Shown here in pieces: positions 44,101-57,300 of a DNA stretch of 64,000 bases. The stretch's first letter is position 1. Each line of letters starts with the position of its first letter. Under the pieces are notes generated by a model. That model had not been told where the DNA came from. It searched no databases and was given only the letters and a program-made list of their open reading frames with translations. Location of the stretch: NCBI GenBank assembly GCA_964016885.1, contig OZ024740.1, positions 8,184,001 through 8,248,000 on the forward strand. Reading direction: 5' to 3'. The position numbers and the translations under genes were made by a program. Origin of the DNA: Eledone cirrhosa (taxonomy: Eukaryota).

Positions 44101-46100
44101 TTCGATTGTTATATCAGTTTTGATTTTATATCAGTTTCGAATGGTATGTCATTTTCGATTGGTATATCAGTTTCGATTAGTATGTCAGTTTCTATTAGTA
44201 TGTTAGTTTCGATCAGTATATCAGTATCTATTAGTATGTCAGTTTTGATTGGTATATCAGTTTCGATTGGTATGTCAGTTTGGATTGGTATGTCAGTTCC
44301 GATTGGTATGTCAGTTCCGATTGGTATGTAAGTTTTGATTGGTATGTCAGTTTCGATTGGTATATCAGTTTCGATTGGTATGTCAATTTCAATTAGTATA
44401 TCAGTTCCTATGGGTATATCAGTTTCGATTGGTATGTCAGTTTCGATTAGTATATCAGTTTCTATAGGTATGTCAGTTTCTATTGGAATATCAGTTTCGA
44501 TTGGTATATCAGTTTCTACTGGTATGTCAGTTTTGATTGGTATGTCAGTTTTGATTGGTATGTCAGTTTTGATTGGTATATCAGTTTCGATTGGTATATC
44601 AGTTTCGATTGGTATGTCAGTTTATATTGGTATATCATTTTCTTCTGGTATGTCAGTTTTGATTGGTATGTCAGTTTTGATTGGTATGTCAGTTTTGATT
44701 GGTATATCAGTTTCGATTGGTATGTCAATTTCGATTGGTATATCAGTTCCGATTCGTATGTCAATTTCGATTGGTATATCAGTTTCGATTAGTATGTCAG
44801 TTTCTATTGCTATGTTAGTTTCGATTAGTATATCAGTTTCTATTGTTGTTAGTTTCGATTGGTATGTCTGTTTCTATTGATATATCAGTTTCGATTGGTA
44901 TATCAGTTTTGATTGGTATATCAGTTTCGATTGGTATGTCAGTTTCTATTGGTATATCAGTTTCGATTGGTATATCAGTTTCGATTAGTATGTCAGTTCC
45001 TTTTGGTATGTTAGTTTCAATTAGTATATCAGTTTCTATTGGTATGTCAGTTTCGATCGGTATGTCAGTTTCGAATGGTATGTCAATTTCGATTGGTATA
45101 TCAGTTTCGATTAGTATATCAGTTTCTATTGGTATGTCAGTTTTGATTGGTATATCAGTTTCGATTGGTATGTCAGTTTCGATTGGTATGTCAGTTTCGA
45201 TTGGTATATCAGTTCCGATTGTTATGTCAGTTTTGATTGGTATATCAGTTTCTATTGGTATATCAGTTTCGATTGGTAAGTCAATTTCTATTGGTATATC
45301 AGTTTCTATTGGTATGTCAGTTTTGATTGGTATATCAGTTTCGATTGGTATATCAGTTTCTATTGGTATGTCAGTTTTGATTGGTATATCAGTTTCGATT
45401 GGTATGTCAGTTTCGATTGGTATATCAGTTCCGATTGGTATGTCAGTTTCGATTGGTATGTCAGTTTCTATTGGTATATCAGTTTCCAATGGTATATCAG
45501 TTTCGATTGGTATATCAGTTTCGATTGGTATGTCAATTTCTATTGGTATATCAGTTTCCAATGGTATGTCAGTTTTGATTGGTATAAAAGTTTCGATTGG
45601 TATGTCAGTTTCGATTGGTATGTCAGTTTCGATTGGTATATCAGTTCCGATTGGTATGTCAGTTTTGATTGGTATATCAGTTTCTATTGGTATATCAGTT
45701 TCGATTGCTATGTCAGTTTCGAATGGTATGTCAATTTCGATTGGTATATCAGTTTCGATTAGTATATCAGTTTCTATTGGTATGTCAGTTTTGATTGGTA
45801 TATCAGTTTCGATTGGTATGTCAGTTTCGATTGGTATGTCAGTTTCGATTGGTATATCAGTTCCGATTGTTATGTCAGTTTTGATTGGTATATCAGTTTC
45901 TATTGGTATATCAGTTTCGATTGGTAAGTCAATTTCTATTGGTATATCAGTTTCTATTGGTATGTCAGTTTTGATTGGTATATCAGTTTCGATTGGTATA
46001 TCAGTTTCTATTGGTATGTCAGTTTTGATTGGTATATCAGTTTCGATTGGTATGTCAGTTTCGATTGGTATGTCAGTTTCGATTGGTATATCAGTTCCGA
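20170..46100. repeat. Central domain: mosaic of recently amplified kb-scale blocks (spacings include 4408/4462, 2538, 2734, 4138, 5290, 1224 and 648 bp)
   Basis: The domain-specific marker GTTTGAATTGG occurs at about 22833, 27295, 29833, 32567, 36705, 41995 and 43973. Other markers confined here are CATTTTCTTCTGG, CCGATTCGTATG, ATTGTTTTTTTAG, GGTATAAAAG and the 16-bp monomer ATTGTTGTTAGTTTCG. Identical ORF translations recur at 22368, 26830, 29368, 32102 and 36240. Confidence 0.88.
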
Positions 46101-46169
46101 TTGGTATGTCAGTTTCGATTGGTATGTCAGTTTCGATTGGTATATCAGTTTCGATTGGTAAGTCAGTTT

Positions 46170-47845
46170 CGATTGGTATGTCAGTTTCTAATCATATATC
46201 AGTTTTGATTGGTATATCAGTTCCGATTGGTATATCAGTTTCGATTGGTATGTCAGTTTTGATTGGTATATCAGTTTCGATTGGTATGTCAGTTTCGATT
46301 GGTATGTCAGTTTCGATTGGTATATCAGTTCCGATTGGTATGTCAGTTTCGATTGGTATGTCAGTTTCGATTGGTATATCAGTTCCGATTGGTATGTAAG
46401 TTTTGATTGGTATGTCAGTTTCGACTGGTATATCAGTTTCGATTGGTATGTCAATTTCAATTAGTATATCAGTTTCTATGGGTATATCAGTTTCGATTGG
46501 TATGTCAGTTTCGATTAGTATATCAGTTTCTATAGGTATGTCAGTTTGGATTGGTATGTCAGTTTGGATTGGTATGTCAGTTTCCATTGGTATGTCAATT
46601 TCGATTGGTATATCAGTTTCGATTAGTATGTTAGTTTCTATTGGAATATCAGTTTCGATTGGTATATCAGTTTCGACTGGTATATCAGTTCCGATTGTTA
46701 TGTCAGTTTTGATTGGTATATCAGTTTCTATTGGTATATCAGTTTCGATTGGTAAGTCAATTTCTATTGGTATATCAGTTTCTATTGGTATGTCAGTTTT
46801 GATTGGTATATCAGTTTCGATTGGTATATCAGTTTCTATTGGTATGTCAGTTTTAATTGGTATGTCAGTTTCGATTGGTATGTCAGTTTTGATTGGTATA
46901 TCAGTTTCGATTGGTATGTCAGTTTCGATTAATATGTCAATTTTGATTGGTATATCAGTTCCGATTGGTATTTTAGTTTCGATTTGTATGTCAGTTTCGA
47001 TTGGTATATCAGTTTCGATTGGTATGTCAGTTTCGATTGGTATGTCAATTTCGATTGGTATATCAGTTTCGATTAGTATGTCAGTTTCTATTGGTGTGTT
47101 AGTTTCGATTAGTATATCACTTTCTATTGGTATGTCAGTTTCGATTGGTATGTCTGTTTCTATTGATATATCAGTTTCGATTGGTATATCAGTTTTGATT
47201 GGTATATCAGTTTTGATTGGTATGTCAGTTTCTATTGGTATATCAGTTTCGATTGGTACATCAGTTTCGATTAGTATGTCAGTTTCTATTAGTATGTTAG
47301 TTTCGATTAGTATATCAGTATCTATTAGTATGTCAGTTTCGATTGGTATGTCAGTTTCTAATCATATATCAGTTTTGATTGGTATATCAGTTCCGATTGG
47401 TATATCAGTTTCGATTGGTATGTCAGTTTTGATTGGTATATCAGTTTCGATTGGTATGTCAGTTTCGATTGGTATGTCAGTTTCGATTGGTATATCAGTT
47501 CCGATTGGTATGTCAGTTTCGATTGGTATGTCAGTTTCGATTGGTATATCAGTTCCGATTGGTATGTAAGTTTTGATTGGTATGTCAGTTTCGACTGGTA
47601 TATCAGTTTCGATTGGTATGTCAATTTCAATTAGTATATCAGTTTCTATGGGTATATCAGTTTCGATTGGTATGTCAGTTTCGATTAGTATATCAGTTTC
47701 TATAGGTATGTCAGTTTGGATTGGTATGTCAGTTTGGATTGGTATGTCAGTTTCCATTGGTATGTCAATTTCGATTGGTATATCAGTTTCGATTAGTATG
47801 TTAGTTTCTATTGGAATATCAGTTTCGATTGGTATATCAGTTTCG
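46170..47845. repeat. About 500-bp block duplicated at a 1170-bp offset (65 monomers): about 46170-46675 and 47340-47845
   Basis: The private marker TTCTAATCATATATC at about 46190 and 47360, and paired TTTGGATTGG monomers. Identical ORF pairs 46188/47358, 46192/47362 and 46403/47573. Confidence 0.88.
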
Positions 47846-50800
47846 ATTGGTATGTCAGTTTCGATTGGTATATCAGTTTCGATTAGTATAATCAGTTTCT
47901 ATTGGTATGTCATTTTCTATTGGTATATCAGTTTCGATTGGTATATCAGTTTCGATTAGTATGTCAGTTTCTATCGCTATTTTAGTTTCGATTAGTATAT
48001 CAGTTTCTATTGGTATGTCAGTTTCGATCGGTATGTCAGTTTCTATTGATATATCAGTTTTGATTGGTATATCAGTTTCGATTGCTATATTGGTTTCGAT
48101 TGGTATGTCAGTTTCTATTGGTATATCAGTTTCTATTGGTATGGCAGTTTTGATTGGTATGTCAGTTTCGATTGGTATGTCAGTTTTGATAGGTATATCA
48201 GTTTCGATTGGTATATCAGTTTCGATTGATATGTCAATTTCGATTGGTATATCAGTTCCGATTGGTATATCAGTTTCGATTGGTATATCAGTTTCGATTG
48301 TTATATCAGTTTCGATTGATATGTCAGTTTTGATTGGTATATCAGTTTCGATTGGTATGTCAGTTTCGATTAATATGTCAATTTCGATTGGTATATCAGT
48401 TCCGATTGGTATTTTAGTTTCGATTGGTATGTCAGTTTCGATTGGTATATCAGTTTCGATTGGTATGTCAGTTTCGATTGGTATGTCAATTTCGATTGGT
48501 ATATCAGTTTCGATTAGTATGTCAGTTTCTATTGGTATGTTAGTTTCGATTAGTATATCACGTTCTATTGGCATGTCAGTTTCGATTGGTATGTCTGTTT
48601 CTATTGATATATCAGTTTCGATTGGTATATCAGTTTTGATTGGTATATCAGTTTTGATTGGAATGTCAGTTTCTATTGGTATATCAGTTTCGATTGGTAT
48701 ATCAGTTTCGATTAGTATGTCAGTTTCTATTGGTATGTTAGTTTCGCTTAGTATATCAGTTTCTATTGGTATGTCAGTTTCGATCGGTATGTCAGTTTCT
48801 ATTGATATATAAGTTTTGATTGGTATGTCAGTTTCGATTGGTATGTCAATTTCGATTGGTTTATCAGTTTCGATTAGTATGTCAGTTTCTATTGGTATGT
48901 TAGTTTCGATTAGTATATCACTTTCTATTGGTATGTCAGTTTCAATTGGTATGTCTGTTTCTATTGATATATCAGTTTCGATTGGTATATCAGTTTTGAT
49001 TGGTATATCAGTTTCGATTGGTATGTCAGTTTCGATTAGTATGTCAGTTTCTATTGGTATGTTATTTTCGCTTAGTATATCAGATTCTATTGGTATGTCA
49101 GTTTCGATCGGTATGTCAGTTTCTATTGATATATCAGTTTTGATTGGTATATCAGTTTTGATTGGTATATCAGTTTCGATTGGTATGTCAGTTTTGATTG
49201 GTATATCAGTTTCGATTGGTATGTCAGTTTCGATTGATATGTCAATTTTGATTGGTATATCAGTTCCGATTGGTATATCAGTTTCGATTGGTATGTCAGT
49301 TTCGATTGGTATATCAGTTTCGATTGGTATGTCAGTTTCGATTTGTATGTCAATTTCGATCGGTATATCAGTTTCGATTAGTATGTCAGTTTCTATTGGT
49401 ATGTTAGTTTCAATTAGTATATCACTTTCTATTGGTATGTCAGTTTCGATTGGTATGTCTGTTTCTATTGATATATCAGTTTCGATTGGTATATCAGTTT
49501 TGATAGGTATATCAGTTTCGATTATTATATCAGTTTCGACTGGTATGTCAGTTTCTATTGGTATATCAGTTTCGATTGGTATATCAGTTTCGATTAGTAT
49601 GTCAGTTTCTATTAGTATGTTAGTTTCGATTAGTATATCAGTATCTAGTAGTATGTCAGTTTCGATTGGTATGTCTGTTTCTATTCATATATCAGTTTCG
49701 ATTGGTATATCAGTTTCGATTGTTATATCAGTTTCGATTGGTATATCAGTTTCTATTGGTATGTTAGTTTTGATTGGTATATCAGTTTCGATTGATGTGT
49801 CAGTTTCAATTGGTATGTCAGTTTCGATTGTTATATCAGTTCCGATTGGTATGTCAGTTTCGATTGTTATGTCAGTTTCGATTGGTATATCAGTTCCGAT
49901 TGGTATGTAAGTTTTCATTGGTATGTCAGTTTCGATTGGTATATCAGTTTCGATTGGTATGTCAGTTTCTATTAGTACATCAGTTTCTATAGGTATGTCA
50001 GTTTCTATTGGTATATCAGCTTCGATTGATATATCAGTTTGGATTAGTATGTCAGTTTCTACTGATATGTCAGTTTGGATTGGTATGTCAGTTCCGATTG
50101 GTATGTCAGTTTCGATTGGTATGTCAATTTCGATTGGTATATCAGTTTCGATTAGTATGTTAGTTTCTATTGGAATATCAGTTTCCATTGGTATATCAGT
50201 TTAGATTAGTATGTCAGTTTCTATTGCTATGTTAGTTTCGATTAGTATATCAGTTTCTATCGGTATGTCAGTTTCGATCGGTATGTCAGTTTCTATTGAT
50301 ATATCAGTTTTGATTGGTATATCAGTTTCGATTGGTATATCAGTTTCGATTGGTATGTCAGTTTCTATTGGTATATCAGTTTCTATTGGTATGTCAGTTT
50401 TGATTGGTATGTCAGTTTCGATAGGTATGTCAGTTTTGATTGGTATATCAGTTTTGATTGGTATGTTAGTTTCGATTCATATGTCAATTTCGATTGGTAT
50501 ATCAGTTACGATTGGTATGTCAGTTTCGATTGGTATGCCAGTTTAGATTGGTATATCAGTTTTGATTAGTATATCAGTTTCTATTGGTATGTCAGTTTTG
50601 ATTGGTATATCAGTTTCGATTGGTATGTCAGTTTCGATTGGTATGTCAGATTCGATTGGTATATCAGTTCCGATTGGTATGTCAGTTTTGATTGCTATAT
50701 CAGTTTCTATTGGTATTTCAGTTTCGATTGGTATATCAGTTTCGATTGTTATATCAGTTTCGATTGGTATATCAGTTTCGACTGGTATGTCTGTTTCGAT

Positions 50801-53299
50801 TAGTATATCAGTTTCTATTGGTATGTCAGTTTCTATTGGTATATCAGTTTCGATTGGTATATCAATTTCGATTAGTATGTCAATTTCTATTGGTATGTTA
50901 GTTTCGATTAGTATATCAGTATCTATTAGTATGTCAGTTTCGATTGGTATGTCAGTTTCTATTCATATATTAGTTTTGATTGGTATATCAGTTTCGATTG
51001 GTATATCAGTTTCGATTGGTATGTCAGTTTCTATTGGTATATCAGTTTCTATTGGTATGTCAGTTTTGATTGGTATATCAGTTTCAATTGGTATGTCAAT
51101 TTCGATTGGTATGTCAGTTTCTATTGGTATATCAGTTCCGATTGGTATGTCAGTTTCGATTGGTATGTCAGTTTCGATTGGTATAACAGTTCTGATTGGT
51201 ATGTCAGTTTCGATTAGTATATCAGTTTCTATAGGTATGTTAGTTTCTATTGGTATATCAGTTTCGATTGGTATATCAGTTTCGATGGTATGTCAGTTTC
51301 GATTGGTATATCAGTTTCTATTGGTATATCAGTTTCGATTGATATATCAGTTTCGATTAGTATGTCACTTTCTACTGGTATGTCAGTTTGGATTGGTATG
51401 TCAGTTTCGATTGGTATGTCAGTTTCGACTGGTATATCAGTTTCCATTAGTATAATCAGTTTCTATTGGTATGTCAGTTACTATTGGTATATCAGTTTCG
51501 ATTGGTATATCAGTTTCGATTAGTATGTCACTTTCTATTGCTATGTTAGATTTGATTAGTATATCAGTTTCTATTGGTATGTCAGTTTCGATCGGTATGT
51601 CAGTTTCTACTGATATATCAGTTTTGATAGGTATATCATTTTCGATTGGTACATCAGTTTCGATTGGTATGTCAGTTTCTATTGGTATATCAGTTTCTAT
51701 GGGTATGTCAGTTTTGATTGGTATGTCAGTTTCGATTGGTATGTCAGTTTTGATTGGTATATCAGTTTCGATTGGTATATCAGTTTTGATTGGTATATCA
51801 GTTTCGATTGGTATATCTGTTTCTATTGGTATGTCAGTTTTCATTGGTATGTCAGTTTCGATTGGTATGTCAGTTTTGATTGGTATATCAGTTTCGATTG
51901 GTATGTCAGTTTCGATTGATATGTCAATTTCGATTGGTATATCAGTTCCGATTGGTATGTCAGTTTCGATTGGTATGTCATTTTCGATTGGTATATCAGT
52001 TTCGATTAGTATGTCAGTTTCTATTGGTATGTTAGTTTCGATTAGTATATCACTTTCAATTGGTTTGTCAGTTTCGATTAGTATGTCTGTTTCTATTGAT
52101 ATATCAGTTTTGATTGGTATATCAGTTTTGATTGGTATATCAGTTTCGATTGGTATGTCAGTTTCTATTGGTATATCAGTTTCGATTGGTATATCAGTTA
52201 CGTTTAGTATGTCAGTTTCTATTGGTATGTTAGTTTCGCTTAGTATATCAGTTTCGATTGGTATATCAGTTTCGACTGGTATGTCAGTTTCGATTAGTAT
52301 ATCAGTTTCTATAGGTATGTTAGTTTCGATTAGTATATCAGTATCTATTAGTATGTCAGTTTCGATTGGTATGTCAGTTTCTATTGGTATATCAGTTTCG
52401 ATTGGTATATCAGTTTCGATTAGTATGTCAGTTTCTATTAGTATGTTAGTTTCGATTAGTATATCAGTATCTATTAGTATGTCAGTTTCGATTGGTATGT
52501 CAGTTTCTATTCATATATCAGTTTTGATTGGTATATCAGTTTCGATTGGTATATCAGTTTCGATTGTTATGTCAGTTTCTATTGGTATATCAGTTTCTAT
52601 TGGTATATCAGTTTTGAGTGGTATATCAGTTTCGATTGGTATGTCAGTTTCAATTGGTATGTCAGTTTCGATTGGTATATCAGTTCCTATTGGTATGTCA
52701 GTTTCGATTGGTATGTCAGTTTCGATTGGTATATCAGTTCCGATTGGTATGTGAGTTTTGATTGGTATGTCAGTATCGATTGGTATATCAGTTTCGATTG
52801 GTATGTCAATTTCAATTAGTATATCAGTTTCTATGGGTATATCAGTTTCGATTGGTATGTCAGTTTCGATTAGTATATCAGTTTCTATAGGTATGTTAGT
52901 TTCGATTAGTATATCAGTCTCTATTAGTATGTCAGTTTCTATTGGTATATCAGTTTCGATTGGTATATCAGTTTCGATTAGTATGTCAGTTTCTATTAGT
53001 ATGTTAGTTTCTATTAGTATATCAGTATCTATTAGTATGTCAGTTTCGATTGTTATATCAGTTTCGATTGGTATATCAGTTTCGACTGGTATATCAGTTT
53101 CAATTAGTATAATCAGTTTCGATTGGTATGTCAGTTTCGATTGGTATGTCAGTTTCGATTGGTATATCAGTTCTGATTGGTATGTCAGTTTCGATTGGTA
53201 TGTCAGTTTCGATTGGTATATCAGTTCCGATTGGTATGTAAGTTTTGATTGGTATGTCCGTTTCGATTGGTATGTCAGTTTCGATTGGTATATCAGTTT

Positions 53300-56200
53300 C
53301 GATTGGTATGTCAGTTTTGATTGGTATATCAGTTTCGATTGGTATGTCAGTTTCGATTGATATGTCAATTTTGATTGGTATATCAGTTCCGATTGGTATG
53401 TCAGTTTCGATTTGTATGTCAATTTCGATTGGTATATCAGTTTCGATTAGTATGTCAGTTTCTATTGGTATGTTAGTTTCGATTAGTATATCACTTTCTA
53501 TTGGTATGTCAGTTTCGATAGGTATGTCTGTTTCGATTGGTATATCAGTTTCGATTAGTATGTCAGTTTCTATTAGTATGTTAGTTTCGATTAGTATATC
53601 AGTATCTAGTAGTATGTCAGTTTCGATTGGTATGTCTGTTTCTATTCATATATCAGTTTCGATTGGTATATCAGTTTCGATTGGTATATCAGTTTCGATT
53701 GCTATATCAGTTTCTATTGGTATGTTAGTTTTGATTGGTATATCAGTTTCGATTGGTATATCAGTTCCGATTGGTATGTCAGTTTCGATTGGTATGTCAG
53801 TTTCGATTGGTATATCAGTTCCGATTGGTATGTAAGTTTTCATTGGTAAGTCAGTTTGGATTGGTATATCAGTTTTGATTGGTATGACAGTTTCGATTGG
53901 TATGTCAATTTCGATTGGTATATCAGTTTCGATTAGTATATCACTTTCTATTGGTATGTCAGTTTCGATTGGAATGTCAGTTTCTATTGATATATCAGTT
54001 TGATTGGTATATCAGTTTCGATTGGTATATCAGTTTCGATTGGTATGTCAGTTTTGATTGGTATATCAGTTTCTATTGGTATATCAGTTTCGATTGGTAT
54101 ATCAGTTTCGATTGTTATATCAGTTTCGATTGGTATATCAGTTTCGACTGGTATGTCAGTTTCGATTAGTATATCAGTTTCTATTAGTATGTCACTTTCT
54201 ACTGGTATGTCAGTTTGGATTGGTATGTCAGTTTCGATTGGTATCTCAGTTTCGACTGGTATATCAGTTTCGATTAGTATAATCAGTTTCTATTGGTATG
54301 TCAGTTACTATTGGTATATCAGTTTCGATTGGTATGTCACTTTCTATTGCTATGTTAGATTCGATTAGTATATCAGTTTCTATTGGTATGTCAGTTTCGA
54401 TCGGTATGTCAGTTTCTACTGATATATCAGTTCTGATAGGTATATCATTTTCGATTGGTACATCAGTTTCGATTGGTATGTCAGTTTCTATTGGTATATC
54501 AGTTTCTATTGGTATGTCAGTTTTCATTGGTATGTCAGTTTCGATTGGTATGTCAGTTTTGATTGGTATATCAGTTTCGATTGATGTGTCAGTTTGATTG
54601 GTATGTCAGTTTCGATTGGTATATCAGTTCCGATTGGTATGTCAGTTTCGATTGGTATGTCAGTTTCGATTGGTATATCAGTTCCGATTGGTATGTAAGT
54701 TTTCATTGGTATGTCAGTTTCGATTGGTATATCAGTTTCGATTTGTATGTCAATTTCAATTAGTATATCAGTTTCTATGGGTATATAAGTTTCAATTGGT
54801 ATGTCAGTTTCTATTAGTATATCAGTTTCTATCGGTATGTCAGTTTCTATTGGTATATCAGCTTCGATTGATATATCAGTTTCGATTAGTATGTAAGTTT
54901 CTACTGGTAAGTCAGTTTGGATTGGTATGTCAGTTCCGATTGGTATGTCAGTTTCGATTGGTATGTCAATTTCGATTGGTATATCAGTTTCGATTACTAT
55001 GTTAGTTTCTATTGGAATATCAGTTTCCATTGGTATATCAGTTTTGATTGGTATGTCAGTTTCTATTTTTATATCAGTTTCGACTGGTATATCAGTTTCG
55101 ATTAGTATAATCAGTTTCTATTGGTATGTCAGTTTCAATTGGTATATCAGTTTCGATTAGTATGTCAGTTTCTATTGCTATGTTAGTTTTGATTAGTATA
55201 TCAGTTTCTATTGGTATGTCACTTTCGATCGGTATGTCAGTTTGTATTGATATATCAGTTTTGATTGGTATATCAGTTTCGATTGGTATATCAGTTTCGA
55301 TTGGTATGTCAGTTTCTATTGGTATATCAGTTTCTATTGGTATGTCAGTTTTGATTGGTATGTCAGTTTCGATAGGTATGTCAGTTTTGATTGGTATATC
55401 AGTTTTGATTGGTATGTCAGTTTCGATTGATATGTCAATTTCGATTGGTATATCAGTTCCGATTGGTATGTCAGTTTCGATTGGTATGTCAATATCGATT
55501 GGTATATCAGTTTCGATTAGTATGTCAGTTTCTATTGGTATGTTAGTTTCGATTAGTATATCACTTTCTATTGGTATGTCAGTTTCGATTGGTATGTCAG
55601 TTTCTATTGATATATCAGTTTGATTGGTATATCAGTTTCGATTGGTATATCAGTTTCGATTGGTATTTCAATTTCTATTGGTATATCAGTTTCTATTGGT
55701 ATGTCAGTTTTGATTGGTATATCAGTTTCGATTGGTATGTCAGTTTCGATTGATATGTCAATTTTGATTGGTATATCAGTTCCGATTGGTATGTCAGTTT
55801 CGATTTGTATGTCAATTTCGATTGGTATATCAGTTTCGATTAGTATGTCAGTTTCTATTGGTATGTTAGTTTCGATTAGTATATCACTTTCTATTGGTAT
55901 GTCAGTTTCGATAGGTATGTCTGTTTCGATTGGTATATCAGTTTCGATTAGTATGTCAGTTTCTATTAGTATGTTAGTTTCGATTAGTATATCAGTATCT
56001 AGTAGTATGTCAGTTTCGATTGGTATGTCTGTTTCTATTCATATATCAGTTTCGATTGGTATATCAGTTTCGATTGGTATATCAGTTTCGATTGCTATAT
56101 CAGTTTCTATTGGTATGTTAGTTTTGATTGGTATATCAGTTTCGATTGGTATATCAGTTCCGATTGGTATGTCAGTTTCGATTGGTATGTCAGTTTCGAT

Positions 56201-57300
56201 TGGTATATCAGTTCCGATTGGTATGTAAGTTTTCATTGGTAAGTCAGTTTGGATTGGTATATCAGTTTTGATTGGTATGACAGTTTCGATTGATATGTCA
56301 GTTTCTATAAGTATGTTAGTTTCGATTAGTATATCAGTTTATATTAGTGTGTCAGTTTCGATTGGTATGTCAGTTTCTATTCATATATCAGTTTCGATTG
56401 GTATATCAGTTCCGATTGGTATGTCAGTTTCGATTGGTATGTCAGTTTAGATTGGTATAACAGTTTCGATTGGTATGTCAGTTTCGATTGGTATGTCAAT
56501 TTCGATTGGTATATCAGTTTCGATTAGTATATCACTTTCTATTGGTATGTCAGTTTCGATTGGTATGTCAGTTTCTATTGATATATCAGTTTGATTGGTA
56601 TATCAGTTTCGATTGGTATATCAGTTTCGATTGGTATGTCAGTTTTGATTGGTATATCAGTTTCTATTGGTATATCAGTTTCGATTGGTATATCAGTTTC
56701 GATTGTTATATCAGTTTCGATTGGTATATCAGTTTCGACTGGTATGTCAGTTTCGATTAGTATATCAGTTTCTATTAGTATGTCACTTTCTACTGGTATG
56801 TCAGTTTGGATTGGTATGTCAGTTTCGATTGGTATCTCAGTTTCGACTGGTATATCAGTTTCGATTAGTATAATCAGTTTCTATTGGTATGTCAGTTACT
56901 ATTGGTATATCAGTTTCGATTGGTATGTCACTTTCTATTGCTATGTTAGATTCGATTAGTATATCAGTTTCTATTGGTATGTCAGTTTCGATCGGTATGT
57001 CAGTTTCTACTGATATATCAGTTTTGATAGGTATATCATTTTCGATTGGTACATCAGTTTCGATTGGTATGTCAGTTTCTATTGGTATATCAGTTTCTAT
57101 TGGTATGTCAGTTTTCATTGGTATGTCAGTTTCGATTGGTATGTCAGTTTTGATTGGTATGTCAATTTCGATTGGTATATCAGTTTCGATTGATGTGTCA
57201 GTTTGATTGGTATGTCAGTTTCGATTGGTATATCAGTTCCGATTGGTATGTCAGTTTCGATTGGTATGTCAGTTTCGATTGGTATATCAGTTCCGATTGG
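53300..57300. repeat. Variant copies of the right-hand higher-order family (offsets 2393, 2591 and 2609 bp)
   Basis: ORF pairs 53646/56039, 54000/56591, 54264/56855 and 54917/57526. Shared markers GTATCTAGTAG, TAAGTTTTCATTGGTAAG, GTTAGATTCG, TTCTACTGAT and GGTACATCAG. Confidence 0.85.
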
